Assembly (NCBI GenBank): GCA_024275555.1
Contig: JAJRYW010000395.1
Coordinates: 1-15,754 of the forward strand
Reading direction: 5' to 3'
Source of the DNA: Calditrichota bacterium
GTDB lineage: Bacteria; Calditrichota; Calditrichia; RBG-13-44-9; J075
Length of the DNA: 15,754 nt
Part shown: one piece after another, positions 8,869 through 15,754 of the stretch
How the letters are laid out: each line of letters starts with the position of its first letter
Position numbering within the stretch: the stretch's first letter is position 1
Position numbers and translations under genes: made by a program
The notes under the pieces: model-generated
Seen by the model: the letters and a program-made list of their open reading frames with translations, nothing else
Database searches by the model: none
What the model was told of the DNA's origin: nothing

Positions 8869-10251
8869 ATGAAATTGATTGGGAAACTCTACCTGGTCTT
8901 AGTACTCTGTGTGAGCGGATATTTTGGTGATCTCTCGGCACAACCGGCCAAAAAAGCCCTGTCGTTGAACGATTGTGTGCGGATTGCGCTGACCAACAAC
9001 GCCGCCATTCAAACCAATCAGAATATTGCCCGGATCAGCGAGAACAACTACCTGGCTTCGTTAAGCAATATTTTACCCACGGTTTCGGCCAATTACTCGG
9101 CCAGCCGTTTCCGGAGCGGGGATGCCACCACCCAGGCCGATGTGCCGGTGCTGGATCGAAACGGGCAGGTCATCGGCTTCATCAACCAGGAAGTGACCAA
9201 CCCCGGTTTTTCACGTAATTTTTACCGGGCCAGCCTGGATGTTAATCAAAATGTGTTTGACGGCGGGGCCTGGTGGAACCGTATTCGCAGAAGCAAAGCA
9301 GAGCAAAAAGCCTCTGTCGAGGATTTAGACGTGCAAGTGAATAGCGTTATCCGCACGGTGGCCAATAATTATCTCAATCTTCTCAAACAGCAGAAATTGC
9401 TGGAAGTAAACACCCTGGCGGTACAGCGCAGCCAGGAAAACCTGGAGCGCAGCCAAAAAATGTTCGAGATCGGTTCGGTGGCAAAAGTGGATGTCTTCCG
9501 GGCCCGGGTCAACCTGGGCAACGATCGCATCGCGGAAATCAGCCAGCGCAACGCGGTTAAGCAGGCCCGGCAAACCTTAAACATTTCCCTGGGATATAAT
9601 CCCAACCAGCCGATTGAAATCGAGAAGGATGTCAAATTTGAACATAAACTGCCTCCCCTGGATGACATCATCCGGGAATCCTTTAAAAACCAGCCCGAGT
9701 TGCGCCGGCGAGAAATGGATATCCGGGCGAAGGAGCTGAGCGTGGCCGTTTCCAAGAGCGCCTTTCTGCCCACCATATCCGCATTTTTCAGCTACCAGCG
9801 CAGCAATTCGCAATTAGATAAAATTTATAACGATATCGATAAAAACTGGAATGTTACGATCGGTTTACAGGGAAGCTATAACCTCTTTAATGGCTTTAAC
9901 GACCGGGTAAACTACCAGAACTCCAAAATCGATTTGAAGAACACCCGGATCGGCCTGGAGGATTACAAGCGCAATCTGATGGCCGCTATTACGGACACTT
10001 ATCAGAATTACAAGGATTTGCTGGAAATCATCGAGATTAACGAGATGAATTTAGAGGCGGCCCGGGAAGAATACCGGCTGGCCCGGGAACGATACCGGCT
10101 TGGCTCGGGAACTTCGCTGGATTTACGGGAGGCCCAGGTCAACTTGACCGACGCCGAACGGATTGTGGTTGCCGCCCAATACGATCTGATTATTTCCTAC
10201 GCCCAGTTGCAGGAGTTGGTCGGCAGCATACGGGATAAGCTGAATTTCTAA
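8869..10251 (+). CDS. TolC-family outer membrane efflux protein (outer membrane factor)
   Basis: About 460 aa. Signal peptide 'LYLVLVLCVSGYFGDLSAQ'. The two-repeat OEP architecture is recognisable: 'LSLNDCVRIALTNNAAIQ' near the N-terminus, and a second half with 'LEAAREEYRLARERYRLGSGTSLDLREAQVNLTDAERIVVAAQYDLIISYAQLQELVG', the typical OEP C-terminal helix. GGAGG at 8859-8863 precedes the ATG at 8869 by 5 nt. The ORF track's 8857 start is a TTG. Confidence 0.85.
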   Translation: MKLIGKLYLVLVLCVSGYFGDLSAQPAKKALSLNDCVRIALTNNAAIQTNQNIARISENNYLASLSNILPTVSANYSASRFRSGDATTQADVPVLDRNGQVIGFINQEVTNPGFSRNFYRASLDVNQNVFDGGAWWNRIRRSKAEQKASVEDLDVQVNSVIRTVANNYLNLLKQQKLLEVNTLAVQRSQENLERSQKMFEIGSVAKVDVFRARVNLGNDRIAEISQRNAVKQARQTLNISLGYNPNQPIEIEKDVKFEHKLPPLDDIIRESFKNQPELRRREMDIRAKELSVAVSKSAFLPTISAFFSYQRSNSQLDKIYNDIDKNWNVTIGLQGSYNLFNGFNDRVNYQNSKIDLKNTRIGLEDYKRNLMAAITDTYQNYKDLLEIIEINEMNLEAAREEYRLARERYRLGSGTSLDLREAQVNLTDAERIVVAAQYDLIISYAQLQELVGSIRDKLNF

Positions 10252-10278
10252 ACCGGCTTCCCCACCAATCATCTTAAC

Positions 10279-10316
10279 ACAGAAAGGCCCGCTTTGCAGG
10301 AAGCGGGCCTTTCTGT
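10279..10316. terminator. Strong stem-loop (16-bp stem acagaaaggcccgctt / aagcgggcctttctgt, 6-nt loop) between convergent genes; likely tolC-like gene terminator, possibly bidirectional
   Basis: Perfect 16-bp inverted repeat read in the sequence. It is followed on the + strand by the T-rich 'ttaaag'. It lies 27 bp after the TolC stop and about 70 bp beyond the end of the minus-strand gene (stop at 10384). Confidence 0.7.
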
Positions 10317-10383
10317 TAAAGAAATAATCTGTTCTGACCGGCAGGCTTTCTCCTGCCGCACAAAAGAACCCCGGGAATCCCGG

Positions 10384-12198
10384 TCAGGCCATGTAGTGCG
10401 ACATGGGGGCAAAAGCGCTTAACCGTTCTTCCAGCGCTTCCAGGTCTTTTTGAATTCTGGCGCGAACTTTTTCGGACTCCTCGCTAAAATCCGGCAGTAT
10501 CCGGCGGTAGTACTCGATCCCGCTCAGGAGGTTCTCATAAAAATCTGTGAGCACCTTTTCCACGGATTGAGAATTTTCGTCCAGACTCTCCTGCATTTTT
10601 TTCTGGAAATAGTCGATGTAGAGGCTCAGTTCCTTGACAAACATATTGGGACGCGCCGGGTCGGTTACCAGGTTGATCCGGCCGTAAATATGATCGACCA
10701 TTTCCTTCAAGCTGGAAATTTTGGAATAATAGGCCAGGTTCGGCCCCGGGCAAACCGAGGCCGCTTTGCTCAGCTTAGGATTTTCGAAATTTTTGGTGGT
10801 TAGCGCAGAGACCGTCAACCCTTCGCAGAGGCAAGCTTTATCCATCATTTTGTTGAACTTCTCGTTATATTCATCCGGCGCTAAATTTTCCTTTTTTAAT
10901 TGATCGCTTTTTCTGCGCAGGTAGGCAATCGAAGCGGTGCAAATCGGTTTCTCACTAAATTCAACATTGGAAATAAGAAACTTTTTCACGCAGGCGCTGC
11001 CCGGTTTTCCGGCGCGTACTTTTTCCCACTTTTCCACATCTTTACTGCTGTCGCGCAAATTGTTGAAGGGCACGCCAAGGGGAGAAACATCGCTGAGGTA
11101 TAAATCATCCTCTCCGGCGGCGCTCAATTTGGCCAGCGTCTCATCATCCACGTTCATCACCTCCGGAACCAGCAGGAAGGGGCTTCCCCAGCCCACCGAG
11201 TCAACATGGTAATATCGCATTAAAAAATCATGCTCGGATGCGGTTCCGACGCCGCCCTGAACGGTAACATTTACCCTCAGGTTCGGCTCCGGGATGTCTA
11301 CTCCTTTTTTAGGCAAGGCGCTTAAAAAGAGGTTGCGCATGGTGCTAAAGAGTTCATCTCTTTTAGCTTTGAATTCTTCCAGAATCGGCCCCAGCAACAG
11401 ACCGTTGGTGGCAAAGGCGTGGCCGCCGCAATTTAATCCGGACTCGATCCGGAATTCGGAAACCCACAATCCCTTTTTCGCCAAAAACTTGCCCTGGATC
11501 AGCGCGGAGCGAAAATCGCTTACTTTAATCACAATGCGTTTTCGGAAGCCGCCGTCAAAATGCGGTAAAAATTCTTTGAGGGTAGCCATGTAGCTATATA
11601 ATCGCGGATTCATGCCTGCCGAAAAAATGATCGAACTGTCCAGGTCGCTTTTGGCATAGCCCCGCAGCGCCGAGTGGGCGTCATTATACTCAACCGGAAG
11701 CAGATTGCCTTTGGAGTCGTAATTGGCTTTATCGACTTTAGTCATAATGTTGACATCAATGGCGCCGGGGCGGATCGTATCGGTCAGCCACTTTTGCAGA
11801 CTTTTGACAACCCCTTGTTCGGAGGCGGTCATCATCTGCTGGTAGACGGTTTTCAGCCGGGAAGTATCCGGCAGCAGCTCAAAATACTTATGCAGCTCGC
11901 TCCCGGCGTCAAATCCGGAATTCTTGAGCGCGGTAAATTGTTCCCTGACCATGGTGTTCAAGGTGTTCAGATAGGCGGTAACCCGCCGGGCCCGGCTATC
12001 TTCGTGGTTGTCTTTGATGGGCACATAGGGCCGGCCGAGACGCTTCAGGTAAAATTCGCGCAGCCTCTCCAGCAATGTGTCATCAATGATCGATACGACG
12101 GATGTTATCCCATATTTGGCTACCTTAACCGGCGTATCAACCGAATAACCTACCCCCAAAACCGGAATATGAAACTTATGTCCATCTGAATTGCTCAT
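10384..12198 (-). CDS. Conserved hypothetical 604-aa protein; possible FMN-dependent TIM-barrel (nitronate monooxygenase / NPD-like) oxidoreductase core with large extensions
   Basis: Long ORF with no internal stops. Motifs 'IESGLNCGGHAF' and 'VTVQGGVGTASEHDFLMRYYHVDSVGWGSPFLL' resemble the GG(I/V)xTG...GA.GVxxGTxF(L) flavin/phosphate-binding signature of NPD/FabK-type TIM barrels. I cannot assign a family from memory. The C-terminal 130 aa are charged and helical. Confidence 0.55.
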   Translation of the reverse strand: MSNSDGHKFHIPVLGVGYSVDTPVKVAKYGITSVVSIIDDTLLERLREFYLKRLGRPYVPIKDNHEDSRARRVTAYLNTLNTMVREQFTALKNSGFDAGSELHKYFELLPDTSRLKTVYQQMMTASEQGVVKSLQKWLTDTIRPGAIDVNIMTKVDKANYDSKGNLLPVEYNDAHSALRGYAKSDLDSSIIFSAGMNPRLYSYMATLKEFLPHFDGGFRKRIVIKVSDFRSALIQGKFLAKKGLWVSEFRIESGLNCGGHAFATNGLLLGPILEEFKAKRDELFSTMRNLFLSALPKKGVDIPEPNLRVNVTVQGGVGTASEHDFLMRYYHVDSVGWGSPFLLVPEVMNVDDETLAKLSAAGEDDLYLSDVSPLGVPFNNLRDSSKDVEKWEKVRAGKPGSACVKKFLISNVEFSEKPICTASIAYLRRKSDQLKKENLAPDEYNEKFNKMMDKACLCEGLTVSALTTKNFENPKLSKAASVCPGPNLAYYSKISSLKEMVDHIYGRINLVTDPARPNMFVKELSLYIDYFQKKMQESLDENSQSVEKVLTDFYENLLSGIEYYRRILPDFSEESEKVRARIQKDLEALEERLSAFAPMSHYMA

Positions 12199-12408
12199 AT
12201 AAATCTTGCCGCCTCTTGTTATGCGTGATGAGCTTGTTCTCCCGGGCGCCTGACTCCCGGTCTGCGCACGTAGGAAACTTATTTGAACTAAATATACTAC
12301 ATTGACAAATAATTTGCAAAGAAATATCTGAGGGGTAATTGTAAATTCTCGGGGGAGGAACAGCTAAAATCGGATCTGCCGGCCGGTAAACTTTTGTGCG
12401 TAAAGCAG

Positions 12409-14373
12409 TCACACGTCTTCGGAGAGCGATTGCTTCAGCTTTTCCAGAAGTGTTTCATAACGTCCATGATCATCTTCCCAGGCCTGGTAGGCCTGGCGGA
12501 GTTCTTCCCTGATGCGCAAGTATTCTTTTTGGAGCGCCGCCGCTTTATCGCCCTCCCGATAGGTTGCCGGATCGGCCATCCGGGACTCCAGGATTGTCTT
12601 TTCTTTTTCCAGGGTTTCGATGGCCTGCTCGTACTCGCTGATCCGCTCTTCCAACCGGCGGCGTTCCCGGCTGATCGCCTGACGGGCCTGGGCTTCTTGG
12701 CGTTTTTGCTCTTTGCTTTTGGGGCCGCTGGCAGAATTGTTTGTGGAAGGTTTTTGAGGCATCGTGGCGTCTTTGTCCTCCGCGGCGCGGCGGGCCAGGT
12801 ACTCGGAATAATTGCCTTCATAAACCCTCAGGCGCCCCTCGCGCAGTTCAATCACCCGGTGCACCAATTTGTCCAAAAAATAGCGGTCGTGCGAAATAAG
12901 CATTAACGTACCGTCGTATTCCCGGAGGGCGTTTTCAAGCGCTTCTTTAGAGGTTAAGTCGAGGTGGTTGGTCGGCTCGTCCATCAGCAAAAAGTTGGCC
13001 GGGGAAAGCAGTATCTTGGCCAGGGAGACCCGGGCCTTCTCTCCGCCGGAAAGCACCTCGATCCGTTTTGATACCGCATCCCCGCTAAACTGGAACATAC
13101 CCAGCACATCCCGCAGGCGGGCCCGGTGCGCCTCCATGGCTGTCTCGGCCACCTCATCGATAACCCGGGCGGATAAAGTGAGCCGGTCGATCTGGTGCTG
13201 GGCGTAATAGGCAATCTTGACCCGCTCGCCGAGCTTCAGCAGGCCTTCCTGGGGAGTCAATTCTCCGAAAATCAGCCGGGTCAGGGTGGTCTTTCCCGCC
13301 CCGTTGACGCCTACCAGGGCGACCCGGTCGCCCCGGTACAGTTGCAAATTCAGGTTGCGCAGCACCCACTCGCGGTCATAGCGGAAAGACATATTCTCGA
13401 TCCGGAGCACATCTTTGTAGCTGGCCTGCTCTACCTGAATCCGGAAATGAAGTTTGGGGGGCGGCGGAGGCAACTCGATGGTCTGCATTTTTTCCAACTG
13501 CTTAATGCGGCTCTGCACCTGCGGCGCCTTGCTGGCTTTATAGCGAAAACGATCGATAAAGCACTGCAAACGCTGCCGTTCGGCCTGCTGTTCCTCCCAT
13601 TGCCGGTAAAGCTGCTCCAGCCGTTCGGCTTTCCGGGCCTCATAAAAATGATAGTTGCCGGGATAGTGAGTCAGGGCGGCCCGTTCCAGCTCATAGATTT
13701 CATCGGCTAAGCGGTCGATAAAAAAACGGTCGTGGGAAACGATGATCATACTGCCCGGGAAGTTCCTCAGGTATTGTTCCAGCCACTCCAGCGACTCCAG
13801 GTCGAGGTGGTTGGTGGGTTCGTCGAGCAGCAGTAAGTCCGGGGCCCAGATCAGCAGGCGGGCCAGGTAAATCCGCATTCGCCAGCCGCCGCTGAACCGA
13901 CGCAGCGGCTGCTCGAACTGATCCGGGGTAAACCCCAGCCCGGCCAGGATGGCCTTGGCCCGGGCCTCCTGGGCGTAGCCGTCAATAAGCTGATACTGCG
14001 TTTCCAGATCGCCCAGCTTATCGAGCAGTTTTTGCTGGTCTGCTTCTCCGGCATCCAACTGGCGGTGCAGCACCTCGATCTGCTTTTCCAGTTCCTGCGC
14101 CTCTTTGTTGCCGGCTTTGACCCCATCCAGGATACGCTCCATGGTAAAGCTGACCTCCTCCTGGGGCAGGTAGCCGATACGATAGTTTTTAGGAATGGAA
14201 ATCACGCCCTGGTCCGGCTCCAACTCCCCGGCGATGAGGCGCAGCAGGGTGGTCTTGCCGGCCCCATTAGGGCCGATCAGCGCGGCGCGTTTGCCGGGCC
14301 GGATTTGCCAGTTAACAGAGTTGAGCAGGGGACGATCCCCTACCGAGTAGCTGAGTTGCCGGATGTGCAGCAT
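12409..14373 (-). CDS. ABC-F family ATPase (two tandem ABC domains, no TMD; Uup/EttA-like) with charged C-terminal coiled-coil extension
   Basis: 654 aa. Walker A 'GPNGAGKTT' and 'GVNGAGKTT' appear twice. Signature 'LSGGWRMR' and 'LSGGEKARV'. Walker B 'LLLDEPTNHLD' and 'LLMDEPTNHLD'. An inter-domain linker is present. The Lys/Arg/Glu-rich C-terminal about 120 aa resemble the Uup C-terminal domain. Confidence 0.9.
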   Translation of the reverse strand: MLHIRQLSYSVGDRPLLNSVNWQIRPGKRAALIGPNGAGKTTLLRLIAGELEPDQGVISIPKNYRIGYLPQEEVSFTMERILDGVKAGNKEAQELEKQIEVLHRQLDAGEADQQKLLDKLGDLETQYQLIDGYAQEARAKAILAGLGFTPDQFEQPLRRFSGGWRMRIYLARLLIWAPDLLLLDEPTNHLDLESLEWLEQYLRNFPGSMIIVSHDRFFIDRLADEIYELERAALTHYPGNYHFYEARKAERLEQLYRQWEEQQAERQRLQCFIDRFRYKASKAPQVQSRIKQLEKMQTIELPPPPPKLHFRIQVEQASYKDVLRIENMSFRYDREWVLRNLNLQLYRGDRVALVGVNGAGKTTLTRLIFGELTPQEGLLKLGERVKIAYYAQHQIDRLTLSARVIDEVAETAMEAHRARLRDVLGMFQFSGDAVSKRIEVLSGGEKARVSLAKILLSPANFLLMDEPTNHLDLTSKEALENALREYDGTLMLISHDRYFLDKLVHRVIELREGRLRVYEGNYSEYLARRAAEDKDATMPQKPSTNNSASGPKSKEQKRQEAQARQAISRERRRLEERISEYEQAIETLEKEKTILESRMADPATYREGDKAAALQKEYLRIREELRQAYQAWEDDHGRYETLLEKLKQSLSEDV

Positions 14374-14786
14374 TTTTTCTCGTTCCGTTTAGTTTTAAGG
14401 GGCCAGGCTTACCACCGCTAATTTAAAGTTTAAAACCCCCGCCGCCAGAACTCCTGCGTAAGAAGATTGCTGTTAGGAGTGTCGAGCTTCAGCTTGACCA
14501 TGATGCAACTCTATAACCGCCTCCCGAGCGGAATAGACCATTTTGGCCCCCGGGCGACTAAAATAATCAGCATAGCGGTCTATCACAACAGCTTTCCGTT
14601 TCGATAATCGTTATCCTGCCTTGAATATGGCCCCGGGACAGTTTATATTGTCTATCAACAATTCCGGAAAAGGAAAAGTCCCGTCGTTATCTATCAGCCT
14701 GTTTATCACCATTTGATCAAGTCCTGATTCGCGACTATAAAAGTATAAACAAATCATACATCCAACCATCAACCAAGGAGTGTTTT

Positions 14787-15754
14787 ATGCAACAAAAATC
14801 TCCGTTCGATTTGAACGACTTCCGACCGCCCGTAATACCGCCGTCCCTGTTGCGGTTTGGGCTGCCGATCCTGATCTTTCTGGTTCTCCTCTTTACCTCG
14901 ATGTTTACCGTGGATACCGAGGAAGCCGGGGTGGTTTTGCGTTTCGGCAAATACAACCGCACGGTCGACCCGGGCCTGAATTTCAAAATGCCTTTCGGGG
15001 TCGAGACCGTTTATAAAATCCCGGTGCGCCGCCAGTTGAAAGAGGAATTCGGTTTTCGCACCATCAGCGGTGATGTGCGAACCCAGTATTCCAGCCGGAA
15101 TTTTGAAGACGAATCCTTGATGTTAACCGGAGACCTGAACGCCGCCCAGGTGGAGTGGATCGTGCAGTACCGTATCCGAGATCCCTACCAGTTCTTATTC
15201 CGGGTGCGCAATGCCGTAAAAACCTTCCGGGATATGAACGAGGCAATCATGCGGGAAATTGTGGGCGACCGCACCATCAACGAAGTGTTAACCATCGGAC
15301 GCCAGGAAATTGCCACGACCGCGGAACAAATGCTGCAAAAGCTCTCCAAACAGTACGAATTGGGGATTCAAGTGGAACAGGTGGTGTTGCAGGATGTTAC
15401 CCCGCCCAAAGCGGTAAGGGCCTCCTTCAACGAAGTCAACGAAGCGCAGCAGGAACGCGAAAAACTAATCAACCAGGCCCGTTCGTAATACAACCGGATT
15501 ATTCCCAAGGCTCGCGGGGAAGCATCCCGGGTCATCGAAGAGGCCAAAGGCTACGCCCTGGAACGGGTCAACCGGGCCAAAGGGGAAGCGGCGCGCTTTA
15601 AAGCCCTGTACGGGGAATATCGCAAAGCCAAAGAAGTAACCCGGGAACGCATCTACCTGGAAACCATGGAAGACGTGCTCCAGAAAGTGGGCCGCAAACT
15701 GATCACCGATGAAAATGCGGCGGGTATTCTGCCCCTGTTCGATCTGACTAAAGG
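14787..15754 (+). pseudogene. hflK: hflK (FtsH protease modulator HflK, SPFH/band-7) 5' part, interrupted by an in-frame TAA at 15486-15488; gene continues to the window edge
   Basis: N-terminus 'SPFDLNDFRPP...' then a TM segment 'ILIFLVLLFTSMF'. The band-7 core is 'VDTEEAGVVLRFGKYNRTVDPGLNFKMPFGVETV'. Immediately after the TAA the same frame reads 'YNRIIPKARGEASRVIEEAKGYALERVNRAKGEAARFKALYGEYRKAKEVTRERIYLETMEDVLQ', the conserved HflK C-terminal region (compare E. coli 'AYTNEVQPRANGQAQRILEEA...ITRERLYIETMEKVL'). AAGGAG lies 6 nt upstream of the ATG. Confidence 0.85.

Noticed and set aside
11674-12189. + strand ORFs antisense to the 604-aa gene and to ABC-F (11674..12189, 12394..12906, 13195..13710, 14032..14421; also minus-strand frame-shifted 12435..12821 and 13851..14126)
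   Set aside because: They are all internal to long ORFs with strong family signatures or continuous coding. The off-frame products are Arg/Pro/Gly-rich.
15486-15488. Possibility that TAA is reassigned (alternative genetic code) or that this is selenocysteine/pyrrolysine recoding
   Set aside because: TAA serves as the terminal stop for cca, the small ORF and the tolC-like gene in this same window. Sec uses TGA and Pyl uses TAG. A nonsense mutation or sequencing error is the parsimonious reading.
1-15754. Scan for tRNA, rRNA, CRISPR repeats, IS elements or integrase/transposase remnants
   Set aside because: There are no cloverleaf-compatible intergenic segments, no regularly spaced direct repeats, and no transposase or integrase-like ORFs in any frame. 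Intergenic regions are short, apart from three 340-410-bp AT-rich promoter regions.

Overview
This window reads as a gene-dense bacterial chromosomal segment of mixed housekeeping and envelope genes (roughly half GC by eye). I could not find any rRNA, tRNA, CRISPR array or transposase/integrase signature in it. The genes, in order:
- Tex (transcription accessory protein), + strand, 41..2212.
- A translationally coupled pair on the minus strand (ATGA start/stop overlap): a secreted transglutaminase-like Cys-His-Asp protein (4460..6331) and a paralogous lipoprotein in which the whole catalytic triad is replaced (2442..4463). Both sit upstream of a strong intrinsic terminator.
- A class-II CCA-adding / poly(A)-polymerase-family enzyme with an HD domain (6671..8098), divergent from that pair.
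- A small, very acidic, internally repeated 99-aa ORF (8218..8517, GTG start with a good ribosome-binding site).
- An orphan TolC-family outer-membrane factor (8869..10251), followed by a 16-bp-stem terminator.
- On the minus strand, an ABC-F (Uup-like) ATPase (12409..14373) upstream of an unassigned 604-aa protein with weak FMN/TIM-barrel (nitronate-monooxygenase-like) motifs (10384..12198).
- The 5' part of hflK (14787..window end). It carries an in-frame TAA at 15486..15488, with unmistakable HflK sequence continuing in the same frame afterwards.

The most interesting items are the active/inactive transglutaminase-like paralog pair, the interrupted hflK, the unassigned 604-aa protein next to ABC-F, and the acidic repeat protein plus orphan TolC. 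Strong Shine-Dalgarno sites (GGAGG, GAGGAG, AAGGAG) precede most genes.
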